From assembly GCA_041163605.1 (NCBI GenBank), contig JBEAQY010000066.1, positions 1,910 to 65,909 on the forward strand: DNA of 64,000 bases, given 5' to 3'. Positions 1 through 9,399 of the stretch are shown here, in pieces (position 1 is the stretch's first letter; each line of letters starts with the position of its first letter). The position numbers were made by a program, and so were the translations under genes. Source of the stretch: Bacteroidota bacterium (GTDB lineage: Bacteria > Bacteroidota > Bacteroidia > Flavobacteriales_D > Crocinitomicaceae). The notes under the pieces were generated by a model. The model was not told the DNA's origin, made no database searches, and saw nothing but the letters and a program-made list of their open reading frames with translations.

Positions 1-899
1 TTAGAAAAATCAACGTCTTCAGCGAATAATTGAAGTTCCGCCCCAGCAATTTTTAACTTTACTTGATGTGTTGTTTTATTCGAAAATATAGCCACACGCT
101 TCAAAGAACTAAGAAAATGACCTCGTTCAATAGTTAATACATTAGGATTCTCTTTTGGAATCACCGCCTCATAATTAGGATATTTTCCATCAATTAGGCG
201 ACATACTAAGGTTAAATCATTAAATGTAAACGTAGCATTCGACTCATTATATTCGAGCTTAACCGCTTCGTCTCCACGTAAGTTGGCCTTGAGTAGATTA
301 AGTGGTTTTTTAGGTAAAATAAAGGCTGAGCTAGACGTAGTGTTGATGTCTGTACGACGGTAGCGAACTAATTTATGAGCGTCTGTTGCAACGAACGTAA
401 TATCTTCAGGTGAAAAATGACAATAAACTCCGGTCATTACAGGTCGCATTTCATCGGTTCCAATAGCAAAGATGGTCTTGTTTATAGCGCTGGACAATAA
501 TTCACCGGTTACTTCAATAGAGCTGCTGTATTCTACAGCCGGTAATTTTGGAAATTCTCCTCCATTGAATCCAACCATTTTCGACTTACCATTATCATAG
601 GTAATTTCAACTGCATAATTCTCAGAATTTACACGAAATGTACACGGTTGATCCGGTAAGCTTTTCAATACATCTAAAATAAGTTTTGCCGGAATAGCAA
701 TTTTACCATCTGCATCCGATTGCACTTCTAAATGCGTGATCATCGTTGTTTCTAAATCCGTAGCAGAAACAGTTAGTTTATTCCCTGCGATGGTGAATAG
801 AAAATTATCTAAAATAGGCATTTTCGTGTTGGTGCTTAATGCACCAGAAACACTTTGAAGATGACTTAATAGGGTATTGCTGGATGTAATAAAATTCAT
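1..899 (-). CDS. dnaN: DNA polymerase III beta sliding clamp, C-terminal part cut by window edge
   Basis: Hand translation of the - strand from ATG 897-899 gives MNFITSSNTLLSHLQSVSGALSTNTKMPILDNFLF...DEMRPVMTGVY...GKYPNYEAVIP, typical of the beta clamp. The frame stays open to position 1. It is absent from the ORF track because it is truncated. Confidence 0.9.
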   Translation of the reverse strand, partial: MNFITSSNTLLSHLQSVSGALSTNTKMPILDNFLFTIAGNKLTVSATDLETTMITHLEVQSDADGKIAIPAKLILDVLKSLPDQPCTFRVNSENYAVEITYDNGKSKMVGFNGGEFPKLPAVEYSSSIEVTGELLSSAINKTIFAIGTDEMRPVMTGVYCHFSPEDITFVATDAHKLVRYRRTDINTTSSSAFILPKKPLNLLKANLRGDEAVKLEYNESNATFTFNDLTLVCRLIDGKYPNYEAVIPKENPNVLTIERGHFLSSLKRVAIFSNKTTHQVKLKIAGAELQLFAEDVDFS

Positions 900-917
900 A
901 GCTTAATTTTCAACAAA

Positions 918-925
918 CAAAGATA
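918..925 (-). promoter_or_regulatory. Bacteroidota-type -7 box (TATCTTTG on - strand) upstream of dnaN
   Basis: Plus strand reads CAAAGATA, matching TAnnTTTG on the - strand, 18 nt upstream of the dnaN ATG. Confidence 0.45.
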
Positions 926-968
926 ACAATACTTTGCGAAATCTCATAGATTTCCTTTCAAGTACATA

Positions 969-2000
969 TTATTTCGTTGAATTGAGGGCAGGAAAATATA
1001 TGTGTCCCATCAAAAGGGCATTAAATACAAAGTACTGGCATTTAACAAGCTCGCCATTCGGCAGTTCAGCCCAGAATATATTCATATCCATATTAACCAT
1101 TTCACCGACTTCGTTGCGTTGTGCAACCTCGCTTTTTATACGATGCATTTTAAGTACAGTTGATTTGTTAGACTTTTCTGTTAAAATGAGTTTTGCAAAA
1201 AGTGGGCTTTGTTTAACTGAATCCACTTGTTTACTTGATAGTTCAATATTTGGAAAATTAAAATGTACTTTCTTGAACCCTTGCAAATAACGATACACAT
1301 TCGCGGTGTCGATCTGAGCTAGCTTTTTGCCTTTTGAAGTTACTTCAAAGGTTCGCCCTAGATTTTTAACCTTAAAACTTAAGGCCGGTTTTTCAAGGTT
1401 ATTTACTTCAACAGAACGTATTTCCTCTGGAGCCAATTCAAAAATAGATGTACACATCCAGCGTTTGCGTTCTGCAAAAAAACGTGGACTAATAATCCCG
1501 TTAAGCCCCTTAATTCGCATCATTACAGGATCCTTACTTTTACCTTCACTAGCGGTTTCTAAGAGCATAATCTGACCATAATGATCTTGCGCAGGTGGCC
1601 CAATATACCAAGATTTTGACCATTCACCATCCAAATAATACGAGACTTTTATATGCTGGGTAGCCATCAACTCTGTGAATTTCGGTTTCGATTTATCTGG
1701 AAGATACCCTTTGAATTCGATTAATTTAGCGGCCTCAAGAATGAAGGACACATTCGGTTTTGAAATACAATCACCTTTTTCATCATGCCAGCCTCCATCC
1801 TCTTGAATAAGCTCTATGTATTGACCATAGGTGTCTTCAATAATAATTTTAGTAATCTTTGTGGTATCTTCAATTGCAAAATTGATCCATTCCGTATCTG
1901 AATTCCCTCTAGATTTTATCAAGTTTACGGCAACTATTGAAAGGATTAGAATTCCTATCAAGAGAATCGATAAACCGATTAATTTTCTGTTTTTTTTCAT
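969..2000 (-). CDS. DUF4340-like membrane-anchored protein encoded downstream of gldG
   Basis: 343-aa ORF with a single N-terminal TM helix (LIGLSILLIGILILSIVAV). It overlaps the gldG stop by 4 nt. Its position after gldFG matches the usual Bacteroidota arrangement. Confidence 0.55.
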   Translation of the reverse strand: MKKNRKLIGLSILLIGILILSIVAVNLIKSRGNSDTEWINFAIEDTTKITKIIIEDTYGQYIELIQEDGGWHDEKGDCISKPNVSFILEAAKLIEFKGYLPDKSKPKFTELMATQHIKVSYYLDGEWSKSWYIGPPAQDHYGQIMLLETASEGKSKDPVMMRIKGLNGIISPRFFAERKRWMCTSIFELAPEEIRSVEVNNLEKPALSFKVKNLGRTFEVTSKGKKLAQIDTANVYRYLQGFKKVHFNFPNIELSSKQVDSVKQSPLFAKLILTEKSNKSTVLKMHRIKSEVAQRNEVGEMVNMDMNIFWAELPNGELVKCQYFVFNALLMGHIYFPALNSTK

Positions 2001-3814
2001 CGGTTAATGTATTTACGTTTTCTTGAGAACATCATTAAAGCGGCAATAAGCCCTACGAGAGATATCGGTAGAAACAAATTAATGTAACGAATACTGCTTC
2101 CTTCCGCTTGTAATTTCATTTTGTCCATCTCTTTAAATTCAATTTGACGACTTCGAATATCCAATACGCTGTTGTCGCCCATCATGTAATCCACCATGTT
2201 TTGAATAAACTCTTGGTTTCCGTAGATCAATGGTCGCCCATTCAAGTCGTTCACTTTACTGTATTTAAGTGCATTGAATGGAAAAGGAGGAGAGGAAACG
2301 TATTCATATTTTCCACCCCGAAATATTGAGTCATATTCATTCGCAATGAATGTACCATTTCCCACTACAAACACTTTAGTTTCTTTCTTACTTTTGAGTT
2401 GTTTTTTGCGGTAATTGACCGGAATATACGAGGCCATGGTATCCACATTTATTATCACATCTCGATTAATAAAATGGGATGGAATCGTCCCTTCAATCAT
2501 TGCGGCTAAGGTGATTTTGTTAATAGGATCTTCTGGATTCTCAACAAATGCAGGATTTTCTCCAAAAATCTGAAAATCCATCAAGCTAATTTGAGGGGCT
2601 AATCCAGAGCGGTTAGCATTGGAGGAACTTGTTAATACTTTGGTGAGTTTTACCCCGGACGTTTCTATCAACTGAAGTTCGTTCGTGTATTCAAGTGAAA
2701 CAGGATCAATGTTTCTTGTTATTGGATGTAATGAAGGGGAGGCCAAGACGTGATAAGGCCAACTTAAACTACTCGCATTGTCCATGCGCACTTTTCGATA
2801 ACCGCAAATCCGGTCAAATACATAGTTTTCATGGATGTTCACACCATAATCAAAGATCATTTTATCCAACTTTAGGTTTTTCCGTATGGTATGATCCATA
2901 AAGTTCTTGGCCAATGAATCTTCCTGATGGGAAAGCGTATTCATAAAGACCATTAATCGTCCTCCGTTCATTACAAATTGATCAATGAAATATAGATCCA
3001 TCGAACTAAACGGTTTTGTTGGGTTTGCGATAATCAATCCATCCAACTCGTTTAGCTCATTTAAAGACTCTTTACTATTGAAAGAAAGTGAAGTTAAGTA
3101 GAAATATGGACTCAAAACGGCCCTAGCGTTCATCGTTTCATGTTCATTCAATTCCCCATGTCCTTGCAAGAATGCAAGGCGTTTTTTATCCTTTTGACTG
3201 ATTTTACGTAACGCAGAAAGCATGTTGTATTCCAGATTATTCAGGGAATTTTCTAGAATTGGATTAATGCGATTTAAATCAATGGGCTCTCCATTTGGCG
3301 TACCGGGTAGAAATTGTATGTACGTTTCCTTGACGACACCATTGGATGTATACGTGACTTCTGCCCCTGGCCATAATATGAGTTGCGATTGCACCCCATT
3401 TTTAACGTAAACAACCTTTGTCGGTAATATTCCTTTTTCAAAGATTCCCCGAAGAAAGAAATACTCCTCTTTCTTGTTGGCATGTCCTTCGTTTGGATTA
3501 ATGAACTGATATTCAATCCGCTTGCCGGCAATTGTTTTAAAGTCTTTTAACTTATCTTCAATAGCATTCCTGAAACGCTGAATTTCGGCTGGAAGATCGC
3601 CTTCTAAGTATATTTTTAAACTAATTCTATTCTCGAAGTTTTTTTCATCTGCAAGGAAGTTTTCTGTGCCTTTAGCCAATGAATACCGACTATCTTCGGT
3701 CATGTCCACTTTAACATTAACTAAGGCACCAATAATGTTAATCAAAATCGACACTGCCAGGACTCCGAGAAAAAATCCCCAATTGAATATGCCTTTCCAT
3801 TTAATTTTTTTCAT
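1997..3814 (-). CDS. gldG: Gliding-motility-associated ABC transporter accessory protein GldG
   Basis: 605-aa ORF with N- and C-terminal TM helices flanking a large soluble domain. It lies immediately downstream of gldF (2-nt gap). Confidence 0.75.
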   Translation of the reverse strand: MKKIKWKGIFNWGFFLGVLAVSILINIIGALVNVKVDMTEDSRYSLAKGTENFLADEKNFENRISLKIYLEGDLPAEIQRFRNAIEDKLKDFKTIAGKRIEYQFINPNEGHANKKEEYFFLRGIFEKGILPTKVVYVKNGVQSQLILWPGAEVTYTSNGVVKETYIQFLPGTPNGEPIDLNRINPILENSLNNLEYNMLSALRKISQKDKKRLAFLQGHGELNEHETMNARAVLSPYFYLTSLSFNSKESLNELNELDGLIIANPTKPFSSMDLYFIDQFVMNGGRLMVFMNTLSHQEDSLAKNFMDHTIRKNLKLDKMIFDYGVNIHENYVFDRICGYRKVRMDNASSLSWPYHVLASPSLHPITRNIDPVSLEYTNELQLIETSGVKLTKVLTSSSNANRSGLAPQISLMDFQIFGENPAFVENPEDPINKITLAAMIEGTIPSHFINRDVIINVDTMASYIPVNYRKKQLKSKKETKVFVVGNGTFIANEYDSIFRGGKYEYVSSPPFPFNALKYSKVNDLNGRPLIYGNQEFIQNMVDYMMGDNSVLDIRSRQIEFKEMDKMKLQAEGSSIRYINLFLPISLVGLIAALMMFSRKRKYINR

Positions 3815-3816
3815 GG

Positions 3817-4548
3817 CTATTTTTTGAGGGTTTTAATCACCGCAAGAGATGCACTTAAAAAGAACACAATGAACGAGAGGTTGAATATGAGGTCTCCTGC
3901 AACAACTACTCCTTTTTTAATGGAGTCGTAATGATGACTTAAACTAAGGTATTGTATAATAATATCCAAGCTTCCGAATTGAGCAAACGATCCGAGTAAG
4001 GAAAGTCCGTCATAGAATAAATAGCACAAAGCGGTTGCCAAAATAAATGCTACAATTTGACTTGAGGTGATGGAAGAAGCAAAAATACCGATCGCAACAA
4101 ACGCTGCACCTAACAAGATTAACCCTAGATACGAAGTAAATGTTGCACCTTCATCTACAATCCCTACCGGTTTTCCGAGGTAATAAATAGAAGCGTAGTA
4201 AACAAGAGTTGGAAGAATGGAAATAAGGAGTAGGGTAACCCCTGCGAAATACTTAGCCAGTAAAATACCTAAATCACTGATTGGCCTCGTGAACAGGAGT
4301 TCTATGGTCCCGGTCCGACGTTCTTCAGCTATTGAACGCATCGTTATGGCGGGAATTAAAATTAAAAAGATGTAGGGGGCTGTGTTAAAAAATGGAATAA
4401 GTTCCGCTTGAGCACTATCCAAAATGTTCATATTTGAACTTAACATCCAATTAAATAACCAACATGCAATTAAGAAAATCACAATAAAAACATAGCCTAC
4501 AATAGAGCTTAAAAAACTTCTAACTTCTTTTAGATAGAGGGCATACAT
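3817..4548 (-). CDS. gldF: Gliding-motility-associated ABC transporter permease GldF
   Basis: 243-aa polytopic ABC-2-type permease with MYALYLKEVRSFLSS...IAEERRTGTIELLFTRPISD, which is GldF-like. Confidence 0.8.
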   Translation of the reverse strand: MYALYLKEVRSFLSSIVGYVFIVIFLIACWLFNWMLSSNMNILDSAQAELIPFFNTAPYIFLILIPAITMRSIAEERRTGTIELLFTRPISDLGILLAKYFAGVTLLLISILPTLVYYASIYYLGKPVGIVDEGATFTSYLGLILLGAAFVAIGIFASSITSSQIVAFILATALCYLFYDGLSLLGSFAQFGSLDIIIQYLSLSHHYDSIKKGVVVAGDLIFNLSFIVFFLSASLAVIKTLKK

Positions 4549-4571
4549 AGACGTCCTGAATTAGTGGAGTT

Positions 4572-4579
4572 CAAAATTA
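4572..4579 (-). promoter_or_regulatory. -7 box (TAATTTTG on - strand) upstream of gldF
   Basis: Plus strand reads CAAAATTA, 24 nt upstream of the gldF ATG. Confidence 0.4.
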
Positions 4580-4606
4580 GGATTTTTAATGAAATAGTAG
4601 CTTTTC

Positions 4607-4924
4607 TTATTGTTTTTTGACGCTTTCGTTCCATCCTTCGAATCTTGTTTGAAGGGTCCAGGCCTCTGCCTTACTCGCAAACATTGGTTTAATGGTGCTC
4701 CATAGTTGAATAAATGTATCGGAACAACGGTAGTTTTCCAACGCGGTTTCACTAAGCCAGATACTTTGTGTAAAAAACTCACTTGGATTTGATTGATGCT
4801 GCAATAACTTCATAGTTAAGCACCCTTCCGAATTTACAACTCGGGTTTTTACTTTTTCGAATTCAGTTAAAAACGCTGAAACAAGTTCGGGCTTAAAGCT
4901 CAATTTGACTATCCGAGTGATCAT
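4607..4924 (-). CDS. ABM (antibiotic biosynthesis monooxygenase / Dabb-fold) family protein
   Basis: 105-aa ORF whose size and beta-alpha-beta pattern (MITRIVKLSFKPE...FTQSIWLSETALENY) resemble ABM domains. It overlaps the upstream gene by 4 nt. Confidence 0.5.
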   Translation of the reverse strand: MITRIVKLSFKPELVSAFLTEFEKVKTRVVNSEGCLTMKLLQHQSNPSEFFTQSIWLSETALENYRCSDTFIQLWSTIKPMFASKAEAWTLQTRFEGWNESVKKQ

Positions 4925-5796
4925 AACAAGGCATTAAGATTTCGCACAGACCCTTTCGGATAAAACGTGATTCGAACAGGTTCTCCGAGGCGCATACCAA
5001 ACAAGCGGTCCGCTCCGCCATTTCCTCCGTTAGCTCCGCGATTTATCGCGATTTCTAATCTTCCTGCATTGTTAAATATAGCGACTCGCTCACTGATGGT
5101 TACATCATTGTATGCGCGAGAAATAACGTCGATGTCGTAATTTCTTTTTTGGTAACTGATAGTAAATGGGATATCAATACCAAATCGTTCAAAATCATGC
5201 TTGAAAATATTCGTAATGATATTTCCAAAATGATCGATATGAATTACGTTTCCTTGAATCACATTGTGCTCAATGATCGGATTCTGTGTAAAGGCTTTTT
5301 TATATGATTTCACCTCGGTAGTGAACTCTTTAAAAGGTGTTTTTTTCGCTATTTTCCCAGCTAATTTAACAAAGCAGGTTTTCATCATAAAGGTCCAAGA
5401 TTCGGGTTCATTTTCAATTTCTGTGTAGCGATAGAGCGCTTCAGGAACATCTTCCCCTAAAAAAGTACCAATAAATCCGTTGTCATTCGTAATAAAAAAG
5501 TGCCCTTCAAATCGAAGGATACTGGGGTATGCAAGTTGATTTTCTTGCGATGGGTCAGTGATTTTGTATGGAAGATATGGTTCTGAATCTACCCCAATGA
5601 TATGAATCGTTCCAGCGGGGAATGAAGAATAAGAGCTCCGCACCTGATAAGCCGCTTCAGCAACTTCAAACGGTTTCACATGATGCGTAATATCAATCAG
5701 TTGAACTCCTGTTACTTCTTGTAAGAGTTGTCCTTTTACTGAAGCTACATAATAATCTCTCAATCCAATGTCCGATGTAAGGGTAATGATTTGCAT
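4921..5796 (-). CDS. SAM hydroxide adenosyltransferase (DUF62 / chlorinase-fluorinase-like) family protein
   Basis: 291 aa with N-terminal MQIITLTSDIGLRDYYVASVKG and C-terminal ...FNNAGRLEIAINRGN, typical of the DUF62 SAM hydrolase family. Confidence 0.75.
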   Translation of the reverse strand: MQIITLTSDIGLRDYYVASVKGQLLQEVTGVQLIDITHHVKPFEVAEAAYQVRSSYSSFPAGTIHIIGVDSEPYLPYKITDPSQENQLAYPSILRFEGHFFITNDNGFIGTFLGEDVPEALYRYTEIENEPESWTFMMKTCFVKLAGKIAKKTPFKEFTTEVKSYKKAFTQNPIIEHNVIQGNVIHIDHFGNIITNIFKHDFERFGIDIPFTISYQKRNYDIDVISRAYNDVTISERVAIFNNAGRLEIAINRGANGGNGGADRLFGMRLGEPVRITFYPKGSVRNLNALL

Positions 5797-5834
5797 TTTA
5801 AGAACGCAATGTTTGAGTTATTTTTTAATTTTAC

Positions 5835-5842
5835 CAAAAGTA
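5835..5842 (-). promoter_or_regulatory. -7 box (TACTTTTG on - strand) upstream of the SAM-hydrolase/ABM operon
   Basis: Plus strand reads CAAAAGTA, 39 nt upstream of the ATG at 5796. Confidence 0.4.
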
Positions 5843-5882
5843 TAGTTTTTCAACACATTTTTGCCTGATAAATTGATTTTAA

Positions 5883-6875
5883 TTGGATTTAAGTAGTCGG
5901 AATATAGAACTTGGCGGGATAAATGCAGCAGCATTTTTTGGGGTAAACAATCAAAATCTAAAACATTTAAAAAGCTTTTTCCCAAAATTATCGATTGTTG
6001 CGCGTGGTCATAAGATTACAGTGAAAGGGGAAGAAGAAATCATTGATCAATTCGAACTTAAATTATCCCTCCTACTTAGGCATTTTGACCGATTTAATTC
6101 GTTATCCGAAAATAATATCGATAATTTGATGCTGTCGGATGGAGAAAAAATGCTCCATACCGATAATGGATCGGAAACCTTGGTGCACGGAAATGGTGGG
6201 GTTAAGATAAAGGCTCGTACTTTAAATCAAAAGAAACTCGTCGATTCCATTCAAAAGAATGATATGGTATTTGCCATCGGACCTGCAGGTACTGGAAAAA
6301 CCTACACCGCCGTTGCCTTGGCTGTAAAAGCCTTAAAAGCAAAAGAGGTAAAGCGCATTGTATTAACCCGTCCTGCGGTTGAAGCTGGTGAGAATCTCGG
6401 GTTCCTTCCTGGCGACTTAAAGGAAAAATTGGATCCCTACCTCATGCCTCTGTATGATGCACTTCGAGATATGATACCTCCAGAACGCCTAGCGGAGATG
6501 ATTCAATATGGCGTCATTGAAATTGCTCCTTTGGCATTCATGCGCGGAAGGACCTTAGATAAAGCCTTTGTTATTTTAGATGAAGCACAGAATACGACCA
6601 TTATGCAAATGAAAATGTTTCTGACCCGTATGGGGATGACTGCCAAATTTGTAATTACTGGGGATATGTCGCAAGTAGATTTACCTGGAAAGCAACGCTC
6701 AGGACTTGCCTATGCGACTTCAATCTTACGTGATGTGGAGGGTATTGGGATTATTGAAATGGGACAAAGTGATATCATTCGACATAAATTGATTGCAAAA
6801 ATTATAACTGCATTTGAACAACAAGAACAACTAGATAAACAAAAGAAATATGAAAGAGGCACTGAAAAACCATGA
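5883..6875 (+). CDS. phoH: PhoH-family ATPase
   Basis: Walker [17 protein letters not shown], plus ILDEAQNTT and [12 protein letters not shown] motifs. The start is a TTG, so the start call is uncertain. Confidence 0.85.
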   Translation: MDLSSRNIELGGINAAAFFGVNNQNLKHLKSFFPKLSIVARGHKITVKGEEEIIDQFELKLSLLLRHFDRFNSLSENNIDNLMLSDGEKMLHTDNGSETLVHGNGGVKIKARTLNQKKLVDSIQKNDMVFAIGPAGTGKTYTAVALAVKALKAKEVKRIVLTRPAVEAGENLGFLPGDLKEKLDPYLMPLYDALRDMIPPERLAEMIQYGVIEIAPLAFMRGRTLDKAFVILDEAQNTTIMQMKMFLTRMGMTAKFVITGDMSQVDLPGKQRSGLAYATSILRDVEGIGIIEMGQSDIIRHKLIAKIITAFEQQEQLDKQKKYERGTEKP

Positions 6876-7794
6876 GTTTAACTTTAAGGGACAAACTTCT
6901 GTTTATCATGGAAAAGTAAGGGATGTTTATTCATTGAATGATGGGCGATTGATAATGGTTGCTACCGATCGAATCAGCGCATTTGACCACATTCTGCCTC
7001 GACCAATACCATTCAAGGGTCAAGTATTAAATCAGGTGGCGACCTATTTTTTAAAAGCAACGGCGGACATCGTACCTAATTGGCTCTTAGCCACCCCTGA
7101 TGCGAATGTTTCTGTTGGCGTAGAATGCGAACCAATTCGAGTTGAAATGGTTATTCGCGGTTATCTTGCAGGACATGCAGCGCGAGAATATCATCTAGGA
7201 AAACGAATGCTATGTGGGGTCGAAATGCAAGAGGGTATGAAAGAAAATGATGCCTTTCCAGTTCCAATTATTACGCCGGCGGTAAAGGCTGCGGAAGGAC
7301 ATGATGAAGACATCTCTCGTGAAGATATTTTAGCGCATGGTCATATACCTGAAGCCATTTATTTGCAAATGGAAGCGTATACCCGAGCCTTGTTTGCACG
7401 GGGCACACAAATGGCTAAAGAGCGCGGGTTAATTTTGGTGGATACCAAATATGAGTTTGGGTTAAAGGATGGTCAAGTAATCTTAATTGATGAAATTCAT
7501 ACACCTGATTCGTCCAGATATTTTTACGCAGATGGGTACGAGGAACGCCAACGCAACGGCGAACCTCAAAAACAATTGTCCAAAGAATTTGTGCGTCAAT
7601 GGCTGATTGAACAAGGATTTCAGGGGTTAGAAGGCCAACAAATGCCCGTGATGCCAGATGATTTTGTTGAATTAGTCAGTCAGCGTTATATCGAGCTCTA
7701 CGAAAAAATAACCGGCGAGGCCTTTACTAAAGACGCGCAAGAGGATATGATTGCTCGAATTAATAATAACGTGTCACAATATTTAATGGCCTAG
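6850..7794 (+). CDS. purC: Phosphoribosylaminoimidazole-succinocarboxamide (SAICAR) synthase
   Basis: 314 aa with GKVRDVY...ATDRISAFD...[11 protein letters not shown] motifs of the long-form PurC. Confidence 0.9.
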   Translation: MKEALKNHEFNFKGQTSVYHGKVRDVYSLNDGRLIMVATDRISAFDHILPRPIPFKGQVLNQVATYFLKATADIVPNWLLATPDANVSVGVECEPIRVEMVIRGYLAGHAAREYHLGKRMLCGVEMQEGMKENDAFPVPIITPAVKAAEGHDEDISREDILAHGHIPEAIYLQMEAYTRALFARGTQMAKERGLILVDTKYEFGLKDGQVILIDEIHTPDSSRYFYADGYEERQRNGEPQKQLSKEFVRQWLIEQGFQGLEGQQMPVMPDDFVELVSQRYIELYEKITGEAFTKDAQEDMIARINNNVSQYLMA

Positions 7795-9399
7795 TATTTC
7801 AATAATCGGTTTACCCGTCATGCTACCATTGCGCTGAAGGTCTAACAGGTGAACCAAGGTGGCTGAAATATCAGTTATCTCTATGGGTCTGAATATTTCT
7901 TGATGTTTCATTTTATTTCCATACCACAATAAGGGAACATGAGTGTCATAGTTAAACGCAGATCCATGAGATGTGCCTTTATGTTCTGAGCCTTGATCAG
8001 AAGAAATGGCAAGATATCCCGGTTTAAGCATAAAAATAACATCGCCACTACGCTCTTTACAATAGCCGTTTAATATCATCTGCATCCAAGGATCTTGTAT
8101 ATTTCCTCGTTCCAAATCAGAGCCTGTAACAGCAACTTTTACTTCAGGAAAGCTTCGTAGAATATTAGCAACCTCTTGCTGTACATCACTTTTTCTGATT
8201 TTTAACGAATCAATTAGCGCATAATTAAGATAGATGTTTTGATTCTCTTCAGATTGAATTAGAATTGTTCCATATTTTTTTTGAAGTTGGGTATTTACGC
8301 TCGTTAAACACGCAGACATATCAAAATACCCACCCGGTAGTTTCTCGTCTTTTAACTGCTGTGGAACTGGAACAACCGCATGATCTGCTGTTAAAAATAT
8401 TACATAGTTGTTTTTCCCAACCTGCTTGTCCAACGTATTGAATAGTTTAGCAATTTCGAGGTCTAAACGCACATAAAGATCTTCTATCTCTAAAGAATAT
8501 GGTCCAAAGGCATGCCCAGCAATATCTGGTGTTGAATAACTTACACAAAGCATGTCTGTTGATTCATTTTTACCCAGGTGTTCTTGTTGTATTAATTCTA
8601 ATGCAAGGTCAGTTAATAGGGTGTTTGCAAATGGAGTTATGGTAAATTGACTATAGTTACCCATAGCGAAAGATGTGAACGCATAAGGGAACGTAGGGGA
8701 TTTTGCACCCGTTATAGTTACTTCATAAGGGGAATTATCTATGCTTCTTGAATAACTGGCTGGTTCTTTTAAAAGTTCCCAATCAGCTAAATAAGTATCC
8801 GCATTATGTGCTTGATTGAATGCCTGAACCCAAGGTGGCAATTCCTTAGTGTAAAAGGTGCTAGTAATAAATTTCCCAATGCTGTAATCAAACCAATAGG
8901 ATCCATCACTCAAATGTCCACCAGGAAGCACCGCACCGCGGTCTTTTATTGAAATGGAATACACCTTTGATGTAGGATACGTGAATTTTAATTGATCGGT
9001 AACGGTCATGGTTTCTAAGTGGTGCGGAGAAACTTGTCCATATTCACTCGAAGAGTTTCCAACGGATTGCACGCTGGGATCGTATACACAATTAACACCT
9101 TTGGCTTTGGTTCGGTCATACCACTCATTCGCAACAATTCCATGATTATATGGTGTTGTGCCAGTGTAAATGGAGGCATGGCCCGGACCGGTATAGGTTG
9201 GCACATAATTGTAATTGGTATTTCTGCAATTTACGCCGTGATTCAGAAACCGATTAAATCCGTCTGATGAAAAATGATGTTGAAAACGGTATAGGTAATC
9301 GTAACACATTTGGTCAACAACAACACCAACTACAATTTTTGGGGATTGCCCGAAGATTATTACCGGTATAAACAGCAAGATGAAACGAAGTTCTTTCAT
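7783..9399 (-). CDS. pafA: PafA-like alkaline phosphatase (AlkP / nucleotide pyrophosphatase superfamily), secreted
   Basis: Signal peptide, then [17 protein letters not shown]...[30 protein letters not shown] and ...FLTADHA...GSHG, as in PafA-type phosphatases. Confidence 0.8.
   Translation of the reverse strand: MKELRFILLFIPVIIFGQSPKIVVGVVVDQMCYDYLYRFQHHFSSDGFNRFLNHGVNCRNTNYNYVPTYTGPGHASIYTGTTPYNHGIVANEWYDRTKAKGVNCVYDPSVQSVGNSSSEYGQVSPHHLETMTVTDQLKFTYPTSKVYSISIKDRGAVLPGGHLSDGSYWFDYSIGKFITSTFYTKELPPWVQAFNQAHNADTYLADWELLKEPASYSRSIDNSPYEVTITGAKSPTFPYAFTSFAMGNYSQFTITPFANTLLTDLALELIQQEHLGKNESTDMLCVSYSTPDIAGHAFGPYSLEIEDLYVRLDLEIAKLFNTLDKQVGKNNYVIFLTADHAVVPVPQQLKDEKLPGGYFDMSACLTSVNTQLQKKYGTILIQSEENQNIYLNYALIDSLKIRKSDVQQEVANILRSFPEVKVAVTGSDLERGNIQDPWMQMILNGYCKERSGDVIFMLKPGYLAISSDQGSEHKGTSHGSAFNYDTHVPLLWYGNKMKHQEIFRPIEITDISATLVHLLDLQRNGSMTGKPIIEILGH

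Noticed and set aside
4561-4782. 73-aa ORF on the - strand overlapping the ABM-family gene
   Set aside because: It is out of frame within a better-supported ORF, and it has a basic, low-complexity translation.
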